In this document: piece after piece, positions 23,986 to 37,633 of the stretch | Layout: each line of letters starts with the position of its first letter | Position numbering within the stretch: the first letter of the stretch is position 1 | Source of the DNA: Entomortierella parvispora E1425 | Lineage: Eukaryota > Fungi > Mortierellomycota | DNA length: 64,000 nucleotides | Assembly (NCBI GenBank): GCA_020891255.1 | Contig: BQFW01000008.1 | Span: 2,418,001-2,482,000, forward strand | Reading direction: 5' to 3' | The notes under the pieces: generated by a model | The model's input: only the letters and a program-made list of their open reading frames with translations | Databases searched by the model: none | What the model was told of the DNA's origin: nothing | Program-made: the position numbers and the translations under genes

Positions 23986-26900
23986 TACGATGGACTCACC
24001 TCTTCCGCCCTCGCAGTAGTGCTTCCAATACTCGGTGCTTTCAATACTCCTTATTAATCTTTTCATGACCCGACTTCACCACCACGCCAATCAATATTGA
24101 TCCCGTCATTCCCGTTCTTCTCATTATCCATCATCGATAATTATTTCATGTATAATAAAAGGAATTGTTGCACCTGCGTAGATATTCCGGAAGACATTGG
24201 CGATAGGCAACCAATGACCACGTAAGCAGCCACCTTTCAAGCCACCAGAAGTGCTTCGGGCGAGGGGACAGTGCGTTTAATCATATTCCTTTCACAGGTG
24301 GTGAAGATCCCGAATTCAACATTAGAAGAAAGATTGTGGGAGGAGTAAAGGCTCTTCGATTTTCATTCAATTTTGGTGGTGGTGTTGGAGGAGGGGAAGC
24401 TGGTGGTGGCGGTATTCATGCTCGCATTGGGCAAATACTTGCTAAGTGCGTCCCCAATAGCTGTTTAAGAAAAAAAAAAACTCGAAAAAAACATAGTGGC
24501 TGGGGACAATGGCCACCAGCAAATCTGTTGTCTTTGAAATAATACTGCATTATTCTCTGATGAGAACTGTCAACACGGATCATTTTAAAGGTTTATTACT
24601 AGAGTACAAGAACCATTAACCTGGCAAGTACCAATTAAGAAGTTTCATTGTTTCAAGCTGCAGAAGCTGTGGGTGTTGGGGGAGCTTCAGTAGCCGGAGA
24701 AGTAGGGGACTCTGGCGAAGGGACGGCGGATGGCTCGGTTGGAGCCACTGTAGGGGAGGGAGACGAGGAGGCATCCGTAGTCGCGGTTGGTGTAGGAGCG
24801 ATGACCGTCACCGATGCAGGCAAGGAAGGAGTGGGAACCTGGGGCACAAGAGTGGCATTTCGAACCTTTTCAAAATACAGGGCCACGTCCTTGAAATTGG
24901 CATCAGTCGTAAAGGTAGTAGTGCAGCCGAATAAACCGTCAGAGTAAAAGCTCGCACAACTCCAATCACTGACGATCGGGCTTGGGTTGGTGCCCACCTC
25001 TAGCAGGGGCATGACCATGAAAAAGCTGTTCAAAGATCCTGAAGCACCAGCGGCGACAATGGCGTCGTACACAGACTGATCCGTCAACCTCGTGGCGTCC
25101 AGTTTCAATCTCATCGTGATGACCTTTGAATTGTCATTGCCTGTAAAGTCAACAGGGTCCACAATGGAGTCTTGGTACCATAGGGCGAGCGGTACCTGGC
25201 CATAAGGGGCGGGAAGTGCCACCGAAAAGGAATTGGCAAAATCATTTGAGCTCCAGGTATCCATCTTGAACGAGACTCCAGGATATGGGTTCATAACAGT
25301 GAGCGACATCTCAAAGATACCATCATCCTTGGTCGTTGGGAGTGTCTTGAATTGCCAAGTGGGGAGGTACGGGGGATATATCACGGCGTTCAAGGCATCG
25401 ATGTGAAGCTGGGTCCTCAGTTCAGACAATCCGGCTGCCAAAGCGACGTTCGACGAGGAACCAGGGAAGCCGGAGAGTGAAATTGTGGCGGCCTGGTAGG
25501 AAATAGTAGAGGCGAGCTGGCCAGCAAGTGGGTACATATTGGTGTATAGGTTCAATTGCGCCATCACGCTGTTGACTCCAGGAACAAGGACAAGATCATA
25601 GATCGTGGTATTGCCCACCCGTCCTGAGTCCTCATAGCCAACCCCTGCATCCATGTTCATCGTTCCAATTTTCAAAGTAAGCTTGCTGGGATTGTAAATG
25701 TCGACCTGAGAAATGACCTTAGCGATACCGATCGTGTCAGTGTCGAATGCTGCGATCGACACAAATGTGAGGTTTTGTAGACCTTGAAGTCCATCCAAGT
25801 TCGTCTGAGCATCTAGGTTGATTCCCTTGACCTCAATCACTCCGAGATCACCCAAGTCCAGCTTGGAGTTTGCAGTTCCTTTCAGTCCAAGAGTGTAATG
25901 GGTGGCGTTGTTAAGGTCGCGAATAAAATCTTCATAAATCGTATGAGAGCCGTCGGCAATCACAAGAGTAGAGTTGGCCGGACTGGTACTGGTCACCATG
26001 TCGCCTGTTGTGGTTGCATCGGCGTAATCGGTACTCATCAAACCAACCACCTGACCATTGGTATCCAAGATATGGACATTTTGGCTTAGAGCCTTGATGG
26101 GTGCTCCGTTTCTGAAAGGAAGGTTGGTCTTGGCAGTGATGGTCGAGACCGCCGTCGGTATCCAGGTGCAAGTGTCGCACGTAAAGTCCATATACATGCT
26201 GTCAATGGCCACACTCACAATTGGAGGATCGACCAGAGGTGGCAGGGATGTTGACAAGGTCAGAGACTTGATTGCAGTATCGAGCCAAGACACTCCCGGT
26301 GCACCGACACCCTGTGCCTCCAGGGGAGTGGGTTGTCCCGTGACAGCGTTGGTGAAGATTCCCTCAAGGTATGGGATCATATTTCCATTGCCGGTCGCAA
26401 TAGTAGCGTTCAACGAGAAAGCAGATGACGCGTGGGGGATCAAGGTCAGTCCAACTGCAACAGCTGGTCCAAGAACAGTACCATGGAATTGAGTGTTGAA
26501 TTGCGACACGGGGATAGTCATTCCGATGGTCGAGGGATTGTTGATGGTGGCGCCGATCACCATGTGAAGACCAGCAGCATCGATCTCCTCAATCATGTAT
26601 CCAGGGTTCAAGATCAGACCGGCCAACTTGTTGAAGCCATCGAGAGTCACGGTCTTGGTCATTGATACACCAGGGATGGGGACACCCATGGCATTGACAA
26701 CAACATCAGTGGTGGCAATGATCCACTCAAACTTGGCATTGTTGAGGGCAAAGACCGTGAAGGCAGTGTAGGCATCAATGTCGGAGATTGTGAACATGAC
26801 ACCGGTCAGACTGAGGGTGGCGCCTTGATTGGCGATGGCATTGACAGTGGGCATCATCATAGACCCGATGGTCTTGCCCTCATATGAAACGGTGACCGGG

Positions 26901-28854
26901 TTGGGGAACGTGATTTGAGCATCTAGAGGTCCAGTGTTTGTAATGGCGCCACCAATGTCGGTCTGGAAGTTGGTATCGGTGGGTGAGATGATCTGGATAG
27001 AATCGAATTGTAGAGCAGAGCCATCGACTAGAACTTGAGCAATTGGTGTTCCAACGAGCGGAATCAGCTTCAACAACGACGCATCTGTAGTGGTGGCAAC
27101 TCCTGTCTGAGTGTAAGGAATGGTGACCTGGTAGTCTCCGACCTTGACGGTGGTGGTCATGGTGATGTCGACCAAGAGACCGGCCATAGCCTTGAGCGTA
27201 AAATCGGCAACGTTGAATCCAGCAAACAGGCTGGCTGGAGGAGTACCGCCATGTTGGAGCGAGAGCAGTCCCTCAAAGGCATCTGTGTTCATACCGTTCT
27301 TCTTGGCCTGTGCCATGATCAAAGTAACCAGATCAGTAGGGTTGGTGTTCATGGCCAAGCTGGCAGTGATAGTGCCCTGACCAACACCGGGGATCACGGG
27401 AGGTGTAGCAAAGGTCGAGACGACGGAGCCAACCAACGCGCCATTGTAGGTGATCTTGGAGTCGATGGATAGGATTGACATGGCGGGGACGAAGGGGTTG
27501 TTGACAGTGACCACAGTCTGAGCGAGACCATTGACAAGGGTGGTATCCAAAACAAGTAGAGATGCACCAGCAAGCAATTTGGATTGAAGGCCCGGCATCT
27601 GAGTTTCGATATTCAATGCACCAAATGCCAAGTTCAGCGAGTCGACGGTGGTACTGGTGGGAGTACCAGCAATACTAACCCCAGCACCAGCGCCACTGGT
27701 ATACAGGTTCAACAACTCGAGACCCTCAGGAGAGCTGGCGGGATCAATAGTGGAGGTGGTGGCAATGGTGTTGGCTCCAGGGACAATGGACAGGTTAGGC
27801 ATGGTCACAGTTCCGAGGTTGACACCCTTATAAATTAGAGCGAGGACGACATCTCCAGCGCTGAGCGAGATCGACGAAGGGTTGACAATAATGACAGAAA
27901 TGTTCATGGTCAACCCCGTGGTGGTACCAGACACGACTTGGAGAGAGGTGATGGTGGGAGCTGGGTTGGCAAGGCTCTGGAGGCCGCTTAATTCGGTCGA
28001 GGCGTTGAAGGGGATGTTGACCAAGTTGACAACACCGATAGAGGTATTGGCGTACACCGAAGCCTGACCGACCACATTGAACGGTAGGTCTGCACCAATA
28101 GTCAAGTCGCGGTTAAACTCTTGGAAAGCCTCGTGCGATGCATTTGGGACCAAGAGAGGGGTGGCCAAGAGATTGAATGTCAAAGTGCCAGCAGCCATAT
28201 CCGAGGTAGAAGGGTTGTAGGACGAATTGAGGTTGGCAATGGTGACACCTCCACGGGTCAAAGCGAACGAGTTGGAGACCTGTTGGAACGAGATGTTGAA
28301 GTTGAATCCATCGGGGAGGCTGTAGTTTGCAATGACGCCAGTCGAGGTGGTGACGGGCTCATAAGCAGTGGGAGGGGTGAAGACCAGACCCAACGCACCA
28401 AGGTTCAGGGCTTTGATGAGCTGGAGAGGAACAGGGCTTTGGAGAGGGACGTTCAACTTGAGACTCTTGACAGCGTCTGACAGCCAACCAACTGTGTTGA
28501 CTCCATCAGGCTTGACCTCGACACCAACGGCTGTGGTGTTGGTAAGAACATTGCCAATGTATCGGGACATCATCTCCGAGGTGACAGCAAGACCTTCAGT
28601 AGTATTCTGAGGGATCAGGACTCCTTTCATGCTCATAGTCTGAGGGCCACGGACCATGGTCAAGTTGGTCGATGTAACGTAACCCATGAGAACATCTTTG
28701 TACGAGATGGCGAGGGTCAGGCTGCCCATGTACATCTGGATGGCTGAGGGGTTATTGACGGTGGTGTCGATCTCGATGATGATACCCTTGCCGCTAGGAT
28801 CGTCGCCAGGAAGCGAGAACTTGTCAATCTTGATACCACTGAGACCGTTGAAGG
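19748..28854. repeat. Large inverted repeat: ~3 kb arms (19748-~22830 and ~25780-28854) around a divergent ~3 kb centre
   Basis: The reverse complement of 28141-28380 matches about 20220-20460 with one mismatch in the lines compared. Off-frame antisense ORFs are identical between the arms (20535-20720 vs 27882-28067). Confidence 0.9.
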
Positions 28855-29751
28855 CTGATATAAGAGAACAAAGAATACGATCAGCAACAGCACGGCTACA
28901 ATAGCCAGGAGAAACAACGACGTTCAAAGGTGAAGGGGCGTACTTCTATGTTGGCCCTGCTACTATTTACTTACCGTTGACTGTGATGTCCTTCTTCAAG
29001 TCGAGGTTCTTGACAGTGTGGCTGAGAGCATGGACGTTCAGTTTGCCTTCGAGATGCCAGACAAAGCTTTCGGCGTTGAGCATATAAGACGAGAACTCTG
29101 TAAAGCCGGTGGCATTGGTGACAGTAAAACTACTAGCAAGGTTGAGGGTACCATGACCGCCTCTACAGAAAGGATAAGAAGAAGAAATAAGGGTCGGCTT
29201 TAAGAATCATTGCAAAGCATTGTCATCATCAACCATAGAGACCAGTTCACTTACGAGGCCTTGCTCGAGCCGGGAATCTGAGTGGTACCAAGAACAATGC
29301 CATTCCACGATACGGTAACTTCACCAGGGAAAGAGATCTCGGCGGCAAATGGCCCAGTCTTTCTCATATTGCCGACCATGACAATATCCATGTTTGTCGC
29401 TGAGGGGTTGGTAATGTCCTATTGATAGCAGAGTGCAGGTTGGTTCGTAAGAATGGCTAATCCCGACATTGTCCCTCCACGATCAGAAAGATGGACAGGG
29501 TACTCTTAACATACAATCTGATCAAACTCGATGGTCGCCTTGTTCATCAGACCCTGGGCAATCTTGGGCATGATCACGTACAGGCCGAGGAGAACGGCGA
29601 CGATGGTGGCAATGATCAGGTTTGGGATACAGAACATCCAGAACTTGCGCCGACGATAGAACTTTGGGCGGTGAGGCTGCTTCACATCGTCGTACTCCTC
29701 AAACTCGTCAGGGTGGTGGTCCTCGTCCTCATCGCGGATATCGAAGGCCAT
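24648..29751 (-). CDS. DUF3712/LEA_2-repeat membrane protein, paralog B (inverted, tail-to-tail with A), 4 exons
   Basis: Exons 29751-29515, 29418-29255, 29162-28975 and 28854-24648. Same intron positions as paralog A. About 1,100 aa nearly identical to A, followed by a divergent C-terminal ~350 aa. Confidence 0.85.
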
Positions 29752-31587
29752 GGCGAAAACGTATTAGGACAAGAGGGGGGAGGAGGGAAGGAGGGTGGGC
29801 AGGATCGGTTAAGCACCTGGAGGGTTACCCGTCAATGGGGAGGGGGGGAGGAATGGGACTGGGAGAAGGGGGGCGGAGGAGCAGTGGAAAGATCTCGAGA
29901 GTGCAAACAAGAAGCAGGAGCGCAAACTGTTGGTCAGTCCTCTTATACATCTGGGCCGGCCAATTCTGGGGGGAATCGTTGCCATGCTGTCGATGGATAA
30001 ACCGCATTAGGCGTTAGTAATCGAGCATTTACTGCTCCTCGAAATGAGGTGCAAACTGGCAGGTCCCCGGCAGACACAAAGAGACAACATACCGAGAGTT
30101 GTCTTTGTTTGTGTGGAGCGTTTGTTGTGGGTGGGATGGTCTCCTCGGGGGGTGTGTGGCCCAGTCGACCCGAGTGTTTGTGCTCACACTTCTTGTTTGT
30201 GTTTCTCCGTCCTCTCTCCTGGGATGGTTGTTTTTCATGGGGGCCATTCAGCGTTGAACTCGGATAAAGCTTGGTGCTGCAAGAACGGCGAACACAAGAT
30301 GAGAGCAGTGCAACTAGTGCAGCAAGCATATACTCAAGATATTCTGCGCTGCAGGGCACATGCAGACTCACTTCATATCAAGCACCACGACTGTACCTAA
30401 CAGGACCGTTGTGCCTCGGAACAACATGCTACATTCAAGTACCACTACGCCCCTGCCCTTGCCCCTTCGACTCTCCTTGCGCGTATCTAGCGTTCGAACT
30501 GGAGCATTCTTACTTCTTTCTTCATCGCCGAGGGCGTAGATGTACACGCGCACAGTTGTTTATGTGGAGACAACAAAAGAAAAATGAGAGCAAAAAAAAA
30601 AAAAATGTGCAACACACGCTCTTCTTTTGTTGTTCCCAGATTTGAACCTCCCAAGTGAAGACACCTGTTCCTGAACAACCACACAACTCTTTTTTCTTTT
30701 TCTTCTTCTTGGCTTTCTCTGTTGGAGTCACAATAGTGCAGTGTCTTTCGCCCCTTTGCTTTTTTGTATGCACAACTTTGAGGAAAAAGTGTTGACATCA
30801 CGTGCAATGCATGCATTAGAACTTACAAAACAAAAACAAGGCAGAGAAAGAATGAACGGGACTAGCTTCATCTGGTCATGAGAAGAAGGCAGAGCGGCTT
30901 GCAAAGATGTCCTTCCGTGGAAGACTCCAAAAAGGACAGAGAGGGGGGGGATACCTTGTTCCTGCATTATTGGTTTGTGTTGCAAACCTTCTCAGCTCTC
31001 CACAGTGGGGTGATGGACATGGCGCAAGAGCAACAAAAATACATGTGGAAGCTGCCTCTTCATTTGCAAATCACAAAGTGTTGCTTTTGTTTGCAGGACA
31101 GACCTATTCTTCGAGGGTTGACACTTTGAAATATCTTCATGGTCGAACTGGCAAGGTCAACCTGCAATTGATTGTGCGACCAACGGCCATTTCCTCTCCT
31201 TCTAGAGCTACAAAAAGATCCAAACCCAATTCCCCAAAAGAATGGTGCGTCGCCGACAAAAATGCCTTCAAACAATAATCCATCAACGTCAGGAAACGAC
31301 TGTTCTTTCTTCTTCACTTTGCGCAAGGCGACATGGGCGATGCCTGTGGAGCCCCTTTCCTAAGGACAATCATGATACCCTTCATGACTCTTATGACCGT
31401 CTTGGGACTTTTATTGCTGGAAGCTTACTAGGCCTCGGCTGACCAGCTCACAACATGGCTGCTACTGCTTAGTTTATCATCAAGACACTCCAGTAACGGG
31501 CAGTCCGAGTGTTATTGTTTGGGCGTATGGAGTAGGGGAAGTGGAGTTTGAATGCGTACTGCGCACGGCTCTTTGCTTCCTGCGCTA

Positions 31588-33935
31588 CTAAGTGAACTGC
31601 CAGACTTTAACTGTGCCATCGCAATTCATGCTCACGATCTTGTCTTCGTCCGAGCCCACCCAGATCAATCCTCGACCTTCCTCCGTTGTCACCTGTCCGC
31701 TCTCTGTCCAGCTCTTGTTGATATCACTCATGGACACAATGCACTGGTGTACCCTTGTTGTTGTGATCGTTGTTGAGGAGACCGTTGGCGACTGCACAGG
31801 TTGTGATTGACTTTGACTTGACTTTGGTTGCTGCGACGGATGGTGTGAGAGTCGTCGACGTTGTAGTGTCAATGCCCACACCTTGATAGAGCGGTCCATT
31901 CCAGCACTGACAAGGCGCCCTGACCGGGGCTCGATCGCGACACTCGACACCGCCCCGCAATGACCGTAAAGGGTGGACAAGTGCTCAAACTGTAGCTTGA
32001 GCCGAGTCGCTGCACTGGCGACCGAATTGGTCTGTCGAGTCATTTGAAAGACATTCATAGTGTTGTCGCGATGGGTCGTCACCACAAATGGCCATGAGAT
32101 GTCGATCGCAGAGATGGCCCCTATCCGGACCTGGTTATCAGACAATGTGGTGCAGGATGCTGGAGACGTCATGTTGGAATTTGCCGAAAACGACTCCTCT
32201 ATGGGTATTGCGCCGCCGTTGAATCCAGATTCACTCGGCAGTACGTGTTCGTTGTTGCTGGTGACAGTGTTGTTGGTGTCTGAAAAAGGTGCGTTTTCCG
32301 TTCCAGCCTCAGTCGAGTAGTGAATAAATAAATTGTCAAATCCAATCTCCTGTAACCGTACCGTCCAGGAACCATCCAGGAGTTGCAATCCAAAACTGAC
32401 AATTGCGCGCCACTGACTTCCTCGTTCGTTTCTAGCCTCCGCTTTAGAGATGAATTCTTCCTCTTCCTCTGGCTGATCGTCATCCCTTGGCTCTTTTCCA
32501 GACTTGACAGGTTCCAGTAGAATTTCGACAGGGGATTCAGTGGCCAAACCATACAGTCGATGCAGCAACCGACACCAGGGACGTGTACCTTCGCCTCCCT
32601 GCGTTGCCTGTGAAGAATCTTGCTCCTGGATCTTATAAATAGAGATGGTGCCGTCGCTTGAAGTGGTGATCAAAATCGGGTAATGAAATGCTGCAGATTG
32701 GATGCCTTCAACGGCACTCCAGGCAGGCAATGAAGCAGTGTTTCCAATCTCCCTTAATGAAACTGACTCGACATCAATCCCATTCTCGGGGCTGGACTCC
32801 TGATAAGCGAATATAGAGAAGTGTCCTGATTCATAGCCAACCATGACTCGTTGCTCAAGGCTTGGTGAACCAGTTACGGATTTGTCCAGAGCAATATAGC
32901 TCACGCGTCCAGAGACCTCTTCTGAAGGGCTCCTGGGGACACTTGGTACATACGTTTGCCAATACTCCAGCTTCTGTGGCGCATCATCGCATCCCATTGT
33001 CCTGCTTGAAAACGAAGATTCTGCTTCTGTGGGAGATGGTGAAGGTGTTGCTGATTGCCGAAAAGTTGATGAGGGTTTCATTCTCCATAGGTGAATGAAG
33101 TCGACTGGGCTTGCCACAATGACCACCGAGCCTTTGAATCTGACGAGGGGTGGAAATGATGACTGAGTGCTCTGCTGGTTTGGCGGCAGTCCTCCCAGTC
33201 TTTCTATAGCAGCCTGGTCCTGCTTCAGCATCTCCATGATGGGCAGACTGGTGACTCTAGCCTGACCCATCAGCCAATTGTAATTCAGTCGATATACCGC
33301 TTTCCAGCACTGATAAGCGTTGGACATTTGGTACTGCTGTGCCGGATATCGCTGCTGGGGTTGCTGTCGCTGTCGCTGTAAAGTTGGCTGTTGCGATGCA
33401 GCTTTTCCCTGCGTGGACCCTGCCTGTCTCCTATTCCTTAAAAGGATCCGTCGTCCTGATCCTGCAGCATCCTGTGCGGTCCCTGATCGCTCTATGCCTC
33501 TTGGGAACACGAATTTGTTTTTTAAAAAAAGCCGCCTCCATAGCTATCAGATAGAGAGTAAGAGATAAAGTGCGTGCATGCACATACATGTGTTAAAATA
33601 CACATGTCAAAGATGCCCCATTTACTACCATTTCATTCAATGCCAGACTACTAACTTACCATTTGGTCATTGACAAGTCGATGCCACAGTTTAGAGACAC
33701 GGGCGCATTTGCCAAGGTCTGCTGGAGTCAAGTCCTCAAAGATGTGCAGAGCCAGTTCCTCCGAGAAGAATGTCATGGGATCTCGGAGCCAAGGCTCTGA
33801 GGTATGACGCTGCGGAGACATTGGAGAGCCATGTCCTGAATGGGGAAGTGTGGGGCAAGCGGTAACAAGGGAAGAGGACAAGGACGAGGAGGGTGGGAGT
33901 AGACGGGCTCGCTTTCCACCTGCTTGGAGAGCCAT
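31588..33935 (-). CDS. F-box/WD40-repeat protein, 2 exons
   Basis: F-box DPMTFFSEELALHIFEDLTPADLGKCARVSKLWHRLVNDQM|LWRRLF. WD repeats include TLYGHCGAVSSVAIEPRSGRLVSAGMDRSIKVW and terminal SMNCDGTVKVWQF. Confidence 0.88.
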
Positions 33936-34205
33936 GGAAGGGTAAGATGCGGCGGCAAGGCAAAGGGTGGTGGTGTGGGTGGTGTGAACGATTGAAATTG
34001 AAGACAATGAAGGGGTGAAAAAGTGACCAAGGGGCGGGCGCAGCACCAAGAAAAATTAATAAAAATATTTTTTATCTTCATTTTTTTATTTGTGGTTTTT
34101 TAGTAAAGAAAATGCAAAAGTGGAGAGGGTCGTCACAAGAATTGAGAAAAAGACGTATGCTAATGGCTATGAGTGAACAGCAAAGGAGATAAAAAAGAGG
34201 TAGAC

Positions 34206-36686
34206 TCACAGGCACCCACGGCATGCTCGAAGGCACTCCATGAGTCCCTTGATATGGTTGGTAAGGACCTGGCACTCCTTGGTGTTGTCTGACATCTCGA
34301 GGGCCAGTCTGTACACTTCAACTTTTGTCAGTAAAGTTGTGATGGTTCGATGAGTCGCATCAACCAATGCCTGAACTTCGGGTGCCAATGGCACCGGTGG
34401 TGGCTGTGGTTGTGATCCTGCTGCGGATCCCTGGGTATGATGGTTTTCGTGGTGGGCTGAGAGCGGCCGATGGTATCTTTCCTTGTCCAAGGGAGTATTT
34501 CCAGAAGAGTTCGAGTAAGTGGACGTTGGTCTCGAAGTGGAGTTGGCTGAGGCATGCGCTGCTGGGATGGGGGGCACAGGGGGTAGGGACCTCGAAGAAA
34601 ACTCGCTGACTTTGCTAATCAACTGAAGGTGCTTTCTAGTCTCTTCGTCCTCTGAGGCTGCTCTCTGTGTATTGAAAATAGTGATTGAGCGTTAGAATTC
34701 AGCACATGACATAACACAACATGTATCTCAACTCCCAAGCAAACCGTACATCCAAATCACTACTGAGCTGTCGGTTCATTATTTGTTGACTGGTCATGCC
34801 GAAGCTTGCATTCGACGACGCCACAGCTGGTGGGAGGACGATTGAGCTTGAAATCCGTCCATTGAGATCCCTGGTAGCTCTACCCTGGCTAGGGCTCGAT
34901 AGTGGAGATGTGGCTCTATAATGACTCGACCTAGAAGAGGCTTGAGAAGATGGTCGCGTAGATGGACCTCCTGTGCGCGTGTTTTGCTTTCTGGTGTCAA
35001 TGGGAGCAGGTATGGTGGGTCCTGTTGGAACAATTGTGTATTTTCCATGCTCCAGATCCATTTCCCGTTGATAGTAGTTTTCGCACATTACGCAAAACTC
35101 CTTCTTTTCCCGATTCCTCATGAGTGGTACCTATTCATGGTAGAAGACGGAACGACAAAGATAGATTTTTGTCAACAAAAGCTGTTCATTGAGAGGGCCT
35201 GGCCGTGAAGGGTCTCCAAGGCTTGTGAAGCCCGTTTGCCTCAGAAACAAAATGCTCTTGGTGTGACAGTCGAAGAAACATTTGGACTGTTGGTGCACAC
35301 ACACAAGACAAAGGCTCAGATTTTTCTTCTTTTGCACGAACATTCGAGTATCGAGCAATTGAAGACAAGGGATGACGATGCCCCATGCAATTTTCTTTCA
35401 TTTCACCCCATTGTCAGCCTGGGCGCGGTCCACTCCCTGAGAGCATGTCGACATGGCTCGGGAGCAACAGTGGGACGTTTGTGCACAAACACAAAGAAAA
35501 GAGCACTCTGTCTCGTTGATGGAGAAGGCAATGAATGACAAGGTACGATAATCGATATATATTAAACTTACCCCATTGCAAGTTGGATTGGGACAAGGGT
35601 CCTGAAGCATGGCCCAGCCCTGAAGCATCCTTTCACCCATCAGCTCTCGTTGAGAATCGCGCTTCTGGACTTCCTGTGCGGTCGGACGATAGACTTCTTC
35701 CTCTGCATCCTCAAACTCGTCGTGACTTTCGATGCCCTGCTCCCCATCCTGATCGTGTTCTGTAATGCCGGCCGGACTGTGAGCACCCTCATCGTTCTGA
35801 ACCGCAGCCGAATCGAGCACAGGCTCGACGTCAGAGCTTGTGTTGTTGGGTGAGGACTGACCACCACTGGCCTGCAGGTCCGCCCGAATCTGTGCCAACG
35901 TTCTTTGCGGAGGCGGCGAAGGAGAAGGCGAATCAGAACTTGGTGCAACAATGGAACTCTGAGGCGACCGTCGCCTGTCTCTTGGCGTGAGCTGAGGAGG
36001 CACTGGGGTCGATCCTGCAGGCGGCGGCGGTCCCGCGGGAAGAGGAGGGGGCCCTGCTGGTCTTGAAATAGGGGTCCCCAGTCGCAGCGGCCCTGAAATG
36101 GATTTTGCAAGCGGAGGTGGCGTCTTGGGTGGCATGGGCAGCAGTGTCGAGGATCGCGGGGCTGACATCAGCGGCGGTAACGGTGCCGAGATGCCCATCG
36201 ATCGCCCAGAGGGAGCGCGAGGTCCCTTCCGGTGTCCTGCCCCCAAGACTGTATCCAGGACGGATGATCGGTGGTTTGGAGGAGAGATGGAACGGGATAA
36301 TGCGGATGGCGGTATAGAAGGCAAGGCGGAGGTGGGTGCAGGCATGGCCATGAAAGTGTCCTCGGGCGTGGCCTCTTTATCGTCAACCTGAGATTGTTCG
36401 ACAACGGTCAATTCGGTTGGGGAAGAGGAATGAGAGCGGAGAGGTTCGTCAATGTCGACAGGAGGGTTGATTTCGCAGTTGACGCAGATTTGGCTGGTTG
36501 CTTCCTGATTGCGCATTAACGAGGTCTGAGGAAAGAGGGGAATGTTAGAATCAGAAAGAGACGAATGAGATGGATGCATTGCTTTTGTTGTTGCTACCAT
36601 TGCTAGCATACACATTCGCTCGCCTTCTGCTTTCTATTTTCGCGCATGCACTCTCGCACAGCCTCTCGCACAGCGCGATGGTACCC

Positions 36687-36780
<94 letters not shown>

Positions 36781-37359
36781 GGTCTGTCTCTCTATCTTTT
36801 ACTGTACTCTCTCTCTCATCTTAGTCTCTCCCTGCGCACAATCTCCGTCTTAAGGTTAAGGCAGATAGAGGTGCAATTCAAGGTTGGCGATGATGATGGA
36901 TATTGAGAGCGGACAAGCATGTGCGAAGCAACTCGGAGCCTCTGCGCTCGCCCATGGCCAGTGCTGCCTGGTGCTGCTAGTGCTGCTTATGTGTGCCAGT
37001 AGCGCCAATTGATAGCTCCGTCTCACAGTTGGTCAAAACATCGACTATCAATCCCCTTTTCCTTTTCAGTTCGTACCTGGCAATCAGGGCAAGTGTCATT
37101 CAAGGTGATCTGGAATTAAAATATTATTGGTGACAGGAGAACAACAAGTCAACAACAATAACAACAATAACAATAAAAGAACAACGGCGACGATCCTAGC
37201 GACGTGGTCATGGACAAGCGTTGCATGTGTGGTCATTACCCAGCCCTGTTCAAGGTAGCTATCCTTTGCAACTGAGACCGCCGCCTCAGACGAGCCAACC
37301 TTGTGAAAGTCGGTCTCAGACGCGGACTGAATGAGAGAATCAGGCTGCTCAACTGTCAT
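34206..37359 (-). CDS. Protein with two Auto_anti-p27 (SSSCA1/ZNRD2-like) Zn ribbons and Pro/Ser-rich linkers
   Basis: Spliced ribbon 1 is YLEQGW|ITLNDTCPDCQ|TSLMRNQEATSQICVNC. Ribbon 2 is MGERMLQGWAMLQDPCPNPTCNG|VPLMRNREKKEFCVMC. ATG at 37359. The last codons could alternatively be a GTGAGT donor. Confidence 0.8.
36691..36777. repeat. (TC)~43 microsatellite inside intron 36526-37076
   Basis: Uninterrupted TC dinucleotide run. Confidence 0.97.
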
Positions 37360-37633
37360 GGGACCAAGAGAAATGCAATTGCAGGTGGTAATGAGAGTAA
37401 AGGGGAAAAAAGGAATGAATGAAGGGAAAGAGAATGGGAAGGTCGGCTGAGAGGGAAACAAGGGAAAGGAGAGAATGCAATGGAGACATTCATTTGACTT
37501 CAAAAAAGAGAGGCTCAATTAAAAGGTCAAGGGACCTTCAACCACAGTCACCGTGTCGATCAGGGTGCCAAAGAAAGATATCTTTATTCCTAATCATGTC
37601 TGCATATCCTCCGCTCCTTCCGTAAGCCTTTGC

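Noticed and set aside
19855-28904. Many antisense or off-frame ORFs over the DUF3712 genes, some identical in both copies
   Set aside because: They are shadows of biased codon usage. Their identity reflects the inverted duplication, not separate genes.
29800-31580. 1.8-kb intergenic region with several short ORFs and a possible acceptor at ~31096
   Set aside because: No coherent exon chain or protein similarity. Treated as promoter/UTR.
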